32,000 nucleotides of DNA from Caedibacter taeniospiralis (GCF_002803295.2 NZ_PGGB02000010.1:13457-45456); one strand, 5' to 3'. Positions 8,640 to 19,653 are shown, counted from the stretch's first letter. The notes: generated by a model not told the origin, from the sequence alone. A program made the numbers and translations.

Positions 8640-9446
8640 TTAGCCTTGCTCAGAAGGGATCAGGTGAGGTGCTAAAAACTTAGTGAGTTTGGAAACAATT
8701 CTTGGATTGCCGCCGATTAACCGACCATCTTCAAGAAAATTAACGCCACCATCTAAGCCACAAAGCATACCACCTGCTTCTTTAATCACAAGGGCAGCCC
8801 CTGCGGTATCCCAGATTTTAGCATCTCGAGATGTCCAGACAGCATCCAGAAATCCTGCGGCAACATAACACATATCAAGAGCCAAAGAGCCTGAATAACG
8901 CAGTCCTGATATTTCCTTATGCAGATCAAGCACGGCTTCTGGGTAAGTGTGAGCAAATACTTTCTTACTAAACTTTAGCGCGCCTGAAAACAGGCAACCC
9001 GTAAACTCCTTGCGATTAGCAACACGAATACGCTGACCGTTTAACTGTGCCCCTGAGCCTTTAGTTGCGGTAAAAAGCTGATCCAGGTATGGGTTGTAAA
9101 TAACAGCAAGTTCTGTTTTGCCACGAAACTGCATGGCAATAGACACACAATGGTGCGGAATGCCGTGAATAAAGTTATTTGTCCCATCAATGGGGTCAAT
9201 AATCCAGGTATGATCACTATCTTCATTGCCAAATTCCCCTGCTTCTTCGGTAATGTAATATTGATCAGGAAAAGCACGCTCTAATGTATCAACGATTGTT
9301 TTTTCAACCTCGATATCAATATTGGTAACGTAATTATTAGGGGACTTGGTCTCAATTTTCACAGTTTGCATGTTTTCATTTGCGTTTAAAATCATACGCC
9401 CCGCTTTACGCGCCGCCTTAACTGCAACATTCATCATTGGATGCAT
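8640..9446 (-). CDS. suhB: Inositol monophosphatase family protein SuhB
   Basis: MHPMMNVAVKAARKAG start as in SuhB, plus motifs WIIDPIDGTNNF and WDTAGA. Divergent from trmJ as in enterobacteria. Confidence 0.9.
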   Translation of the reverse strand: MHPMMNVAVKAARKAGRMILNANENMQTVKIETKSPNNYVTNIDIEVEKTIVDTLERAFPDQYYITEEAGEFGNEDSDHTWIIDPIDGTNNFIHGIPHHCVSIAMQFRGKTELAVIYNPYLDQLFTATKGSGAQLNGQRIRVANRKEFTGCLFSGALKFSKKVFAHTYPEAVLDLHKEISGLRYSGSLALDMCYVAAGFLDAVWTSRDAKIWDTAGAALVIKEAGGMLCGLDGGVNFLEDGRLIGGNPRIVSKLTKFLAPHLIPSEQG

Positions 9447-9532
9447 TGAAATACCTTCTGCTTTTTGCTCGACTAAAAAATTAGTTGTGTATAATACCCC
9501 ATTTACATATAAGGTGATAGTTTCTATTTAAG

Positions 9533-10260
9533 ATGTTAAATAAAATCCGAATGGTGCTCGTTGAAACGTCGCACCCTGGCAATATTGGCTCTAGTGCACG
9601 AGCCATGTTAAATATGGCGCTAACCGAACTTTATTTAGTCAATCCAAAACATGTGCCTGATGAAGACGCTTTGGCAACGGCCGCGCATGCAGCTGAGATT
9701 GTTAAAAATGCCAACATTGTGCCAACCCTGATAGAGGCTTTAAATGGGGTGGATTTAGTCATTGGCACCAGCGCAAGAGTAAGACGCATGAGTTTACCGA
9801 TGTTAAGTGTTGAAAACGCAAGTAAAGAAGCCCTTCGGTATGCCAATCAAGGTTTGACTGTGGCCATATTATTTGGTCGTGAGCGTACGGGACTTTTTAA
9901 CGATGAGCTTTTGATGTGTCATTATCACGCATATATCCCAAGCAATGAATCCTACACTTCATTGAATCTGGCGCAAGCCGTGCAGATTGTAAGCTATGAG
10001 CTCTTTAAACATTTCCAGGCATATGAAGCAGGACTGATGCTGCCCAGACAGAATCGAGTGCATGAAAAAGCTTCAATTGAAGAAATTCAAAATTTGTATA
10101 GGATGCTTGAGGATAAAATGTTTGAGGTGGGGTTTTTAAATCCAGACAGGTCAGAGCATGTGATGAACAGGCTTAAGCGGATGTTTCAGCGGACTCAGTT
10201 AGAATCAAAGGAAGTCAATATTCTACAAGGCTTTTTAAGTCAGATCACAAAGGAAAATCA

Positions 10261-10264
<4 letters not shown>
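9533..10264 (+). CDS. trmJ: tRNA (cytidine/uridine-2'-O)-methyltransferase TrmJ (SpoU family)
   Basis: [25 protein letters not shown] matches the TrmJ N-terminus. 243 aa, with conserved suhB-divergent synteny. Confidence 0.85.
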
Positions 10265-11905
<1,641 letters not shown>

Positions 11906-11943
11906 TAACCAAAGTTATGGACTTTTGCGAATTGAATAAACAC

Positions 11944-12111
11944 CAATGGCACTACCTTAAGCAGTCTTAATGAGAAACTACCCCGTCAGCCTGCGGCTGC
12001 CACCCCTTCGCTAACGAAGGGGAATTACACATATGCCACAATTCCCCTTCACTCGTGAAGGGGTGCCGAGCTTGCGAGGCGGGGTAGTGACTGCTTAAGG
12101 TAGCGCCATTG
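11944..12111. mobile_element. MITE-like palindromic element, family A copy 1, with 23-bp TIRs and a 10-bp target-site duplication
   Basis: Left TIR caatggcactaccttaagcagtc (11944-11966) and right TIR 12089-12111 match at 22 of 23 positions as reverse complements. GAATAAACAC is present at 11934-11943 and 12112-12121. Core 11978-12087 carries hairpins ccccttcgctaacgaagggg and ccccttcactcgtgaagggg. Confidence 0.8.
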
Positions 12112-12134
12112 GAATAAACACAGGGTAATAACAA

Positions 12135-14513
12135 ATGAAATTTAGTCATCGTTGGTTGGAAAGTTATCTGGATCAAACACTTGATATTGATGTATTAAGC
12201 GAAAAATTAACAGCAGCAGGTTTAGAGGTTGATTCAATTGAGGCAGTGGCGCCTGAATTTAACGGGGTTGTCGTCGGTGAAATCAAGAAAATTGATAAAC
12301 ATCCTGATGCGGATAAATTGAATATATGTCAAGTGGATGTCGGTGACGACGAGTTATTGACGATCGTCTGTGGTGCACCCAATGTGTACTCTGGAATGAA
12401 AGCACCTGTTGCCAAAATTGGTGCCTCTTTACCTTATGACTTTAAAATTAAAAAAAGCACCCTTCGAGCTCAGGAATCCTATGGCATGATGTGCTCACAA
12501 AAGGAGTTAGGACTTAGCGAAGAAAATGAGGGGCTGATGGATTTGCCTCAGGATGCTCGAGTTGGTGAGGATATTCGCGACTATCTTCAGCTGGATGATC
12601 ATGTGATTGAAGTAGATTTAACGCCAAATCGCGCGGATTGTTCAAGTGTATATGGTATCGCCAGAGAAGTTTCAGCATTGACCGAAGCCAAACTTTTGCC
12701 ATTGACAGAAATTAAGCTAACAGCAACTAAAAAAGCGGATAAACAAGTTATCAGTGAAACACCTGAAAACTGCCCACGATACTTTGGACAAACGATTTAT
12801 AACATCAATGCCAAAGTGCAAACCCCGCTGTGGATGAAAGAACGTTTACGTCGTTCAGGGCTGAGATCCATTTCAGCGATCGTTGATATTACTAATTATG
12901 TATTGCTTGAATTAGGACAACCTATGCACGCCTTTGATGCAGATAAAGTGGGCAGCAGTATTTATGCGCGTATGGCAAAAGACAACGAAAAAATCACCCT
13001 GCTTGATGAAACCGAAATAACGCTTAAACCAGGTACGCTGGTGATTGCTGATGCGCATCATGCTCTGGCAATTGCTGGAGTTATAGGGGGGCTTAATTCG
13101 GCTGTTACTACTGAAACCCGCAATATTTTTTTGGAAAGTGCCTATTTTGCGCCAGTTGCCATTGCAGGCAAAGCTCGTCAATACGGTTTACATACGGATT
13201 CGTCACACAGATTTGAACGTGGTGTTGATCCCAAACTCTGTCAATATGCGATTGATTATGCAGCAGCATTAGTCGTTGAAATTGCAGGTGGTGAGCTTGG
13301 TGAGATTGTTTGTGCTGATCATTATGATGAAATTGCGCTTGAGATACCGCTTCGTTTAAGTAAGTTAAATTCTATTTTAGGCATGAACTTTTCAGCAGAC
13401 TTTGTAGAAGCAGTGCTTACTGCACTTAAGATGAGCCTTACTCGAGTGACTGCCAATGGCGATGTGATCTGGCAGGTGAGCGCCCCCAGTTATCGCTTTG
13501 ATATGATAATCGAAGAAGATTTGATTGAAGAGGTGGGGCGCATCTATGGCTATCAAAATTTACCCATGAATCTACCTCAAATGTCATTGATGCCACAGCA
13601 TGTCTCTGAGCAGACGATCGCATTAGCGACACTTAAAAGCACGCTGGTAAATCGTGGCTACCATGAAGTGATCAACTATAGTTTTATCGATCCTAAGCTT
13701 GATGAGCTGTTTTTTGGCATGGCTGGACTTTCTTTGCAAAACCCGATTTCGCAGGATATGTCTATTATGCGTCAAGGTTTAATTCCGAGTTTAGTCAGCA
13801 CATTTAAAACCAATTTAAATCGCCAGCAGTCACGTATTCGTATTTTTGAGGAGGGGGTGTGTTTTCAACCTGCTGAAAAATTGGCGCATGAGTATTCCCA
13901 TTTTGCAGGTCTTGCCTATGGCAGTATTAACCCTCTTAACTGGCAGGAGAAGTCGATCAGTGACTTTTATTCGGTGAAGGCGGATGTTGAAGCCTTATTG
14001 CAATTGAATAAACATGCCATTCATTATATCCCGTGTGAAGACATTGACTGGCTGCATCCAGGACAATCTGCCTACATATATCAAAGTGGAGAGAAGGTGG
14101 GCGTAATCGGCGCGCTGCATCCTAATGTCATGAGCGTGTTGCAGATTAAAGGAAAAGCGCCGATTGTGTTTGAATTGCAGACGAGTAAAATCTCTAACAA
14201 ACATATCGCGAAATTTATGGCAATTTCTAAATATCCATCGGTTTCCAGAGACATTGCTGTGACTGTTGATCGCCATACCACCGCGCAAAGCTTGGTTGAT
14301 GCTGTCAACAAAGCCGATGTGCAGCAATTGAATCAAGTCGATCTTTTTGATGTTTATCAAGGTGATAATTTACCTGAAAATAAAAAGAGTATTGCGTTGA
14401 ATTTGACTTTCCAGGACAACACAAAAACCTTGACGGATGAAGTGATGAGTGAAGTCATGGCAAAGATTCTCACTTCGCTGAAAACCCATGCCAATGCGAG
14501 CTTGCGTGAGTAA
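12135..14513 (+). CDS. pheT: Phenylalanine--tRNA ligase beta subunit
   Basis: 792 aa. N-terminal tRNA-binding domain VVGEIKKIDKHPDADKLNICQVDVG, then B3/4, B5 and FDX-ACB-like regions. Follows pheS. Confidence 0.95.
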   Translation: MKFSHRWLESYLDQTLDIDVLSEKLTAAGLEVDSIEAVAPEFNGVVVGEIKKIDKHPDADKLNICQVDVGDDELLTIVCGAPNVYSGMKAPVAKIGASLPYDFKIKKSTLRAQESYGMMCSQKELGLSEENEGLMDLPQDARVGEDIRDYLQLDDHVIEVDLTPNRADCSSVYGIAREVSALTEAKLLPLTEIKLTATKKADKQVISETPENCPRYFGQTIYNINAKVQTPLWMKERLRRSGLRSISAIVDITNYVLLELGQPMHAFDADKVGSSIYARMAKDNEKITLLDETEITLKPGTLVIADAHHALAIAGVIGGLNSAVTTETRNIFLESAYFAPVAIAGKARQYGLHTDSSHRFERGVDPKLCQYAIDYAAALVVEIAGGELGEIVCADHYDEIALEIPLRLSKLNSILGMNFSADFVEAVLTALKMSLTRVTANGDVIWQVSAPSYRFDMIIEEDLIEEVGRIYGYQNLPMNLPQMSLMPQHVSEQTIALATLKSTLVNRGYHEVINYSFIDPKLDELFFGMAGLSLQNPISQDMSIMRQGLIPSLVSTFKTNLNRQQSRIRIFEEGVCFQPAEKLAHEYSHFAGLAYGSINPLNWQEKSISDFYSVKADVEALLQLNKHAIHYIPCEDIDWLHPGQSAYIYQSGEKVGVIGALHPNVMSVLQIKGKAPIVFELQTSKISNKHIAKFMAISKYPSVSRDIAVTVDRHTTAQSLVDAVNKADVQQLNQVDLFDVYQGDNLPENKKSIALNLTFQDNTKTLTDEVMSEVMAKILTSLKTHANASLRE

Positions 14514-14518
14514 ATAAG

Positions 14519-14938
14519 ATGCTGGATGTACAATTTATAGAAAAATGCAATGCAACTTTGATCGAAGCCTATCGCCTGTTAGGGGAAAGCGAGTCAGAAG
14601 GCGTTCACTATGATCTGTATCTCTCGGCAATTATCAAAGAGTTTGAAATACTGCTTGAACAGTGCGGAAAGTTATTGAAGAAAGCCCTGGTTCCTTACTT
14701 TCACTCAAAAAAGGCTGTGGATCAGTTGACTTTTAAAGATATTTTTAGATACACAGGTAACTATGGGCTATTAAGTACAGATGAAATTGAACGCTGGTTA
14801 AACTATCGAGATAACCGAAATCTCACGGCGCATGATTACGGCTTTGATTTAGCAGAGGAAACTTTGCCACTTATCCCCATGTTTATCGAAGATGTGAAAC
14901 GTTTAATTAAAATGCTTAGGGCACAAAATGCTTCTTAG
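14519..14938 (+). CDS. HEPN-domain protein of the HI0074 (nucleotidyltransferase substrate-binding) family, putative HepT-type toxin
   Basis: 139 aa. RX4HXY motif present as RNLTAHDY. Length and helical pattern fit the HI0074 family. Overlaps the downstream MNT gene by 11 nt. Confidence 0.8.
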   Translation: MLDVQFIEKCNATLIEAYRLLGESESEGVHYDLYLSAIIKEFEILLEQCGKLLKKALVPYFHSKKAVDQLTFKDIFRYTGNYGLLSTDEIERWLNYRDNRNLTAHDYGFDLAEETLPLIPMFIEDVKRLIKMLRAQNAS

Positions 14939-15239
14939 GGATAAAGATAGAGAGTTACTGATAGCGCTTGCAGTGAAAACGCTCAAAACGCCTTGTGAGA
15001 TTTGGGTCTATGGCAGTCGCGTTGACGGCTCAGCACACGATGGCAGTGATTTGGATCTTGTAATTAGGACGAAAAATCTCGCTCCCTTGAACGCGCTAAT
15101 GTTGCAGGCATTTAAAGACGCAATACAAACTTCAAATATTCCCATCCTGGTGCAAGTTCTGGATTGGGCACGAATTCCTCAAAGTTTTCATAGCAACATC
15201 TTAAAAAACTACGCTGTTTTAAAGCCACTTAATAGTTAG
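14928..15239 (+). CDS. Minimal nucleotidyltransferase (MNT, HI0073-like), putative antitoxin partner
   Basis: 103 aa. GSX10DXD signature present as GSRVDGSAHDGSDLD. Confidence 0.8.
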   Translation: MLLRDKDRELLIALAVKTLKTPCEIWVYGSRVDGSAHDGSDLDLVIRTKNLAPLNALMLQAFKDAIQTSNIPILVQVLDWARIPQSFHSNILKNYAVLKPLNS

Positions 15240-15281
15240 TCATCATCACCCCTCCCCCTTGTGGGAGAGGTCGAATTTCTA

Positions 15282-15408
15282 GGTCATGGACCATATTCCC
15301 GCCCATCGCTACCCTGTGCGAGATTGCAGGAGTCATTTCAAAGCTGGACTTCCGCCTTCGCGGGAATAACAGCGCCCATTTTGTTTGGGTGAAGATTTGT
15401 TCTAAGCC
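15282..15408. mobile_element. MITE-like element, family C copy 1, with a perfect 8-bp target-site duplication
   Basis: Ends ggtcatggaccatattcccgccca (15282-15305) and tgggtgaagatttgttctaagcc (15386-15408) are inverted copies of the 23-nt motif. Central cttccgccttcgcgggaa hairpin. AATTTCTA at 15274-15281 and 15409-15416. Homologous to 31583-31708. Confidence 0.78.
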
Positions 15409-15435
15409 AATTTCTATGCATGCGGGTGAAGATAG

Positions 15436-16083
15436 TTAAACCTTTCTGGAGCTTTTGTCACTTAATTGCATCTCAAGTGCGTTTGCCCACAGGTAACTAA
15501 AAACACCGATGTAAACACCACCCAAAACATCACCAAGATAATGCTCTGTACTTAATATTCGGCTAATGGTAATGACAAGCGCAAGAGCGATACACAGGAT
15601 GGTTATTTTCTTATTCTGTATAAGCTCGGTAAGTCCCAGTAATCCAGCAAAAGCCAGTGTAGCATGCCCTGAAGGAAAACTGTTAAATAAGCGCTTGTGT
15701 GAAAACCAGTGAAAACCATAGAGTCCTTCTTGCAGAAAGAGCTCAGGACGATAGCGTGCCAGGGTGACTTTAATAACCGTTGCCACCCCAAGAGCAAGAA
15801 ATAAACTCAGCGCCCAGATAGCTAAGCGGGGGTTTAGCTTCTGGCGCCACTTTTGCCAGATACACACAATCGATAGAATAACAAATAGCACAAGCCAGTG
15901 ATCAGGATCAAAAACAGTGGAGATAAAATTTGCGAGTTTAACGACAGCTGTATACTGAAGCTCATGATAAGCCGTAATCGCCAGAGGGCGGTCCAGGTAA
16001 ACATAACATAAAGTTAAAACTGCCAGGGTGATAATTCCGTAAGAAAGTGTTTGTTTAAGAAGCGTTCTGATATTCGTCATCAT
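15436..16083 (-). CDS. PAP2-family membrane phosphatase (lipid phosphate/lipid A phosphatase-like)
   Basis: PAP2 motifs KVTLARYRP, PSGH and SRILSTEHYLGDV, with multiple hydrophobic segments. Start set at ATG 16083 because the longer track ORF (to 16221) begins inside repeat B2. Confidence 0.8.
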   Translation of the reverse strand: MMTNIRTLLKQTLSYGIITLAVLTLCYVYLDRPLAITAYHELQYTAVVKLANFISTVFDPDHWLVLFVILSIVCIWQKWRQKLNPRLAIWALSLFLALGVATVIKVTLARYRPELFLQEGLYGFHWFSHKRLFNSFPSGHATLAFAGLLGLTELIQNKKITILCIALALVITISRILSTEHYLGDVLGGVYIGVFSYLWANALEMQLSDKSSRKV

Positions 16084-16167
16084 TGCATTGTTATCTAAGA
16101 AGTAGGTGTAAAAAGCGTAACTTTTTTTACGAGTTGAGAAAAGAGAAATTACACTAAATCGGGTTTT

Positions 16168-16260
16168 GTCGCACACTATATCTTCGCCCATGATGGCGTA
16201 TTGCGTAGGGGCGTATTGCATACGCCCTTCTAAAATGGGCGGAAATTCAGGTAAAACCCT
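16168..16260. repeat. MITE-like element, family B copy 2
   Basis: gtcgcacactatatcttcgccca (16168-16190), hairpin ggcgtattgcatacgcc, and tgggcggaaattcaggtaaaacc (16236-16258). Same architecture and length as 2269-2360 in the opposite orientation. No clean TSD seen. Confidence 0.7.
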
Positions 16261-16297
16261 GATCTATTTGAAGAATGGCGTATTAGTCAGGATTGGA

Positions 16298-17389
16298 TTA
16301 GACATTAAATCTAAAATGAATTACATCTCCGTCATGCACAATGTATTCTTTGCCCTCAAGGCGTGCTTTGCCTGCGTCTTTGGCACCCTTTTCTCCGTTA
16401 TATTGAATATAGTCATGGAAGCCTATGACTTCGGCGCGAATAAATCCGCGTTCAAAATCTGTGTGAATTTTTCCTGCTGCTTGCGGTGCCGTGGCTCCTA
16501 CAGGAATTGTCCAGGCGCGGACCTCTTTGACGCCCGCGGTGAAATAGGTTTGCAATTGTAAAAGCTTGTAGCCCGCGCGAATAACACGATTAAGTCCAGG
16601 TTCATCTAAACCAAGATCGGAAAGAAATTCCATTTTTTCATTATCCTCAAGCTCAGTAATTTCAGACTCAATTGCAGCACAGACAGCGACTACATCAGCG
16701 TTATCCTGTTTAGCAAACTCAATAACTTTATCAAGTAGAGGGTTGTTTTCAAAGCCTGACTCATCGACATTAGCGATATAAAGAGTTGGTTTGTGAGTTA
16801 GTAGTGGCGTTTGTTTGATCCATGTGAGCTCATCCTCATTAAACGGAAAACTACGAGCTGGTTTTTCAGACTCTAAATGTGTCTTTAAATTTTGGTAAAG
16901 ATCCAGTTGCAGCTTGGCTTCTTTGTTGGCACTTTTAGCCAGTTTTTGCACACGCTGAATAATTTTGTCAACGCTTTCAATATCGGCCAAAAGAAGTTCA
17001 GTGTTAATGGTTTGGATGTCATCGATGGGATCAACTTTGCCAGCGACGTGGACAATATCGCTATTGTGAAAGCAGCGGACAACATGGGCAATGGCTTCTG
17101 TTTCACGAATATTGGCTAAAAACTTATTGCCTAATCCCTCGCCCTTAGAGGCTCCAGCAACAAGACCTGCAATATCAACAAACTCCATGGTGGCAGGTAA
17201 AACTCGTTGTGGTTTTACGATTGCTGAGAGCTGATCTAAACGTGGATCAGGAACTGATACCATGCCAACATTAGGCTCAATGGTGCAAAAAGGGTAATTT
17301 TCTGCCTGAATACCTGCTTTTGTCAACGCATTAAATAGGGTTGATTTTCCAACGTTAGGAAGTCCAACAATGCCACATTTAAAACCCAT
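16298..17389 (-). CDS. ychF: Ribosome-binding ATPase YchF
   Basis: 363 aa. [19 protein letters not shown]1 motif and C-terminal TGS-like HFRFNV. Follows pth as in many bacteria. Confidence 0.95.
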   Translation of the reverse strand: MGFKCGIVGLPNVGKSTLFNALTKAGIQAENYPFCTIEPNVGMVSVPDPRLDQLSAIVKPQRVLPATMEFVDIAGLVAGASKGEGLGNKFLANIRETEAIAHVVRCFHNSDIVHVAGKVDPIDDIQTINTELLLADIESVDKIIQRVQKLAKSANKEAKLQLDLYQNLKTHLESEKPARSFPFNEDELTWIKQTPLLTHKPTLYIANVDESGFENNPLLDKVIEFAKQDNADVVAVCAAIESEITELEDNEKMEFLSDLGLDEPGLNRVIRAGYKLLQLQTYFTAGVKEVRAWTIPVGATAPQAAGKIHTDFERGFIRAEVIGFHDYIQYNGEKGAKDAGKARLEGKEYIVHDGDVIHFRFNV

Positions 17390-17419
17390 AATAAAACCCT
17401 TATGAAATATTGTTTGTAT

Positions 17420-17998
17420 TTATTTCTGATGAAGCTCATTCATCACGCTTTGATGATTGCCCCGTATTATATCGTCCAGATAACAAAGCGCACGCTTAAT
17501 GCCATGATCAATGGCAATTTTATCTTCGATCGATGGTTTTCCTAATACATAACCCACGACTTTATGGCGATCTCCTGGGTGATCAATGCCGATGCGAAGG
17601 CGATAATAATCACGTGTACCTAAAGAGGCATCAATATCTCTTAAGCCATTATGTCCGCCGTGTCCACCACCCTTTTTGAGGCGCACCTGCCCGCAAGGCA
17701 AATCCAGCTCATCGTGCGCAACCAGGATCTCATCTGGTGTGAGTTTGTAAAATTGCGCAAGCTTAGCAACGGCTAAGCCACTTTTATTCACATAGGTGTG
17801 AGGATATAAAAGCCAGAGTTTATCAGTTCCCATTTGAGTTTGTGCTGTGGCACCATGGAATTTATGATCTGCTACTAACGCTAGATGATATTTTTCCGCA
17901 ACACCTTGGAGAAACCATTCTCCTGCATTATGGCGTGTGTCCTGGTATTGACTGCCAATGTTACCAAGTCCAACGATAAGCTTAATAGTAGTCGTCAT
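17420..17998 (-). CDS. pth: Peptidyl-tRNA hydrolase
   Basis: LIVGLGNIGSQYQDTRHNAG and GGGHGGHNGLRDI motifs. 192 aa. Confidence 0.93.
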   Translation of the reverse strand: MTTTIKLIVGLGNIGSQYQDTRHNAGEWFLQGVAEKYHLALVADHKFHGATAQTQMGTDKLWLLYPHTYVNKSGLAVAKLAQFYKLTPDEILVAHDELDLPCGQVRLKKGGGHGGHNGLRDIDASLGTRDYYRLRIGIDHPGDRHKVVGYVLGKPSIEDKIAIDHGIKRALCYLDDIIRGNHQSVMNELHQK

Positions 17999-18113
17999 GT
18001 CTTAACCAAAGTTTAAAATTGGGGTGGAGTATAGCGAAGGCAATTTTGAATGACAAGTTTACTGACGCCATGCTACCATAAACGAAATTTTTCTTGGGTG
18101 TTTTTCTGTGTAA

Positions 18114-18647
18114 ATGAGTATTAAAAAGCTTGAATCACTAATTGTTGCGGTACCTGATTTTCCAAAGCCAGGAATTTTATTTCGTGATGTTACCCCATTG
18201 CTGGCAGACCCTGCTGGCTTGACTCTCACCGCAAAACTGATGGCTAAGCGTATTAAACAGCTTAAACTTAAACCCACGGTGATTGCAGGTCCTGAAAGCC
18301 GAGGGTTTATTTTTGGTGTGGCACTGGCCAAGCATTTAGGTATCGGTTTTGTCCCTATTAGAAAGCGAGGTAAGTTGCCACGAGCGGTTTATGATTGTGA
18401 ATACGAACTGGAATATGGGATGGATCACTTAGAGGTGCATCAGGATGCTTTTCATGCCAATGATCAGGTACTGTTGGTCGATGATTTGCTGGCAACAGGA
18501 GGAACTGCAAACGCCTGTGTTGAGCTGGTGAAAAAAGCAGGTGCAACGGTCTTGGGGTCACTGTTTGTGATTGAGCTTAAGGGACTAAAAGGTCGAGATA
18601 GAATGCCTAAAAATATCCATATTGACTCGCTGGTAAAATATGAGTGA
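18114..18647 (+). CDS. apt: Adenine phosphoribosyltransferase
   Basis: DFPKPGILFRDVTPLL and the PRPP-binding VLLVDDLLATGGT motif. 177 aa. Confidence 0.92.
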   Translation: MSIKKLESLIVAVPDFPKPGILFRDVTPLLADPAGLTLTAKLMAKRIKQLKLKPTVIAGPESRGFIFGVALAKHLGIGFVPIRKRGKLPRAVYDCEYELEYGMDHLEVHQDAFHANDQVLLVDDLLATGGTANACVELVKKAGATVLGSLFVIELKGLKGRDRMPKNIHIDSLVKYE

Positions 18648-19653
18648 TATTGCCATCCACTTCGATATCCGTGATTATCAAGAAGCCATATTTAATTGGT
18701 ATACAACTCATGGACGGCACAACCTTCCATGGCAGGGTGAGTTTAATCCCTATTTTGTGTGGCTATCTGAAATTATGCTGCAACAAACGCAAGTTAAGAC
18801 GGTTATTCCCTATTTTTTAAATTTTATTGCGAGGTTTCCTCAAATTGAATCTTTAGCTTACGCTGATCAGGATCAGGTAATGCAGGCATGGGCAGGGTTA
18901 GGTTACTATGCGCGCGCTAGGAATTTACATAAGGCAGCGAAGCTTATCTGGGAAAAACATCATGGGAATTTGCCAGATAAGATTGATGAATTATTGACAT
19001 TGCCAGGCATTGGTCAATCAACTGCACATGCGATTTTATCCATTGCGTTTAATCAAGCGACGCCTATTTTAGATGGCAATGTTAAACGGGTATTCTCGCG
19101 ACTTTTTGCCATTGATGAAGTGTTGACTGAAGCGAAGGTTGAAAAAAAGCTATGGCAATTAGCGCATAAGCTGATGCCAAAAGAAAATACGCAAGCCTAT
19201 ACACAAGCACAAATGGACTTGGGAGCCATGCTTTGTACGCGTACAAAACCAAAGTGCGATTTGTGCCCCTTGCAGCAAACCTGTCTTGGCTTTCTAAACC
19301 GCAGTGTGGAAAAATATCCACTCAAAAAAGTCAAAGCAATCAAGAAGATAAAATCATCCATGTTTCACCTTTATCAATATGAAGATGAAATTTTGCTGAT
19401 AAAAAAACCAGATAGCGGGATTTGGGGTGGGTTATATGTTTTGCCTGAAAGTTCCTTAGATATCGGGGAATACAGCCATATGCTGTGTGAAGAACAAAAG
19501 CATGTTTTTACGCATTTTGAGCTGTATTACGCTATTAAGGTTTATCAGCTGCAACAGAAACCTGTTGTGGAAAATGCACATTGGGTCTTAGCGGCAAACC
19601 TCATGCAATATGCGCTTCCAGCACCTCTGGCAAAACAGCTTTTAACGGTGTAG
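18640..19653 (+). CDS. mutY: A/G-specific adenine DNA glycosylase MutY
   Basis: HhH LPGIGQSTAHAI, Fe-S cluster cysteines CTRTKPKCDLCPLQQTC, and a C-terminal NUDIX-like domain. 8-nt overlap with apt. Confidence 0.9.
   Translation: MSDIAIHFDIRDYQEAIFNWYTTHGRHNLPWQGEFNPYFVWLSEIMLQQTQVKTVIPYFLNFIARFPQIESLAYADQDQVMQAWAGLGYYARARNLHKAAKLIWEKHHGNLPDKIDELLTLPGIGQSTAHAILSIAFNQATPILDGNVKRVFSRLFAIDEVLTEAKVEKKLWQLAHKLMPKENTQAYTQAQMDLGAMLCTRTKPKCDLCPLQQTCLGFLNRSVEKYPLKKVKAIKKIKSSMFHLYQYEDEILLIKKPDSGIWGGLYVLPESSLDIGEYSHMLCEEQKHVFTHFELYYAIKVYQLQQKPVVENAHWVLAANLMQYALPAPLAKQLLTV

Noticed and set aside
11967-12176. 69-aa minus-strand ORF in the pheS-pheT spacer
   Set aside because: It is a translation of the palindromic MITE and overlaps the pheT start. 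Its only value is to show that the same frame is open as in the helicase insertion.
16084-16221. 46-codon N-terminal extension of the PAP2 ORF
   Set aside because: The extension starts inside repeat B2 and precedes the first hydrophobic segment. The internal ATGs at 16083/16080 give a normal-length PAP2 protein.
15240-16260. Integron cassette/attC array or CRISPR-like interpretation of the repeats flanking the TA module and PAP2
   Set aside because: There is no regular repeat-spacer periodicity and no intI or cas gene. The repeats have their own TIRs plus target-site duplications, and identical units occur singly in unrelated spacers (2.3 kb, 31.6 kb). MITEs explain them better.
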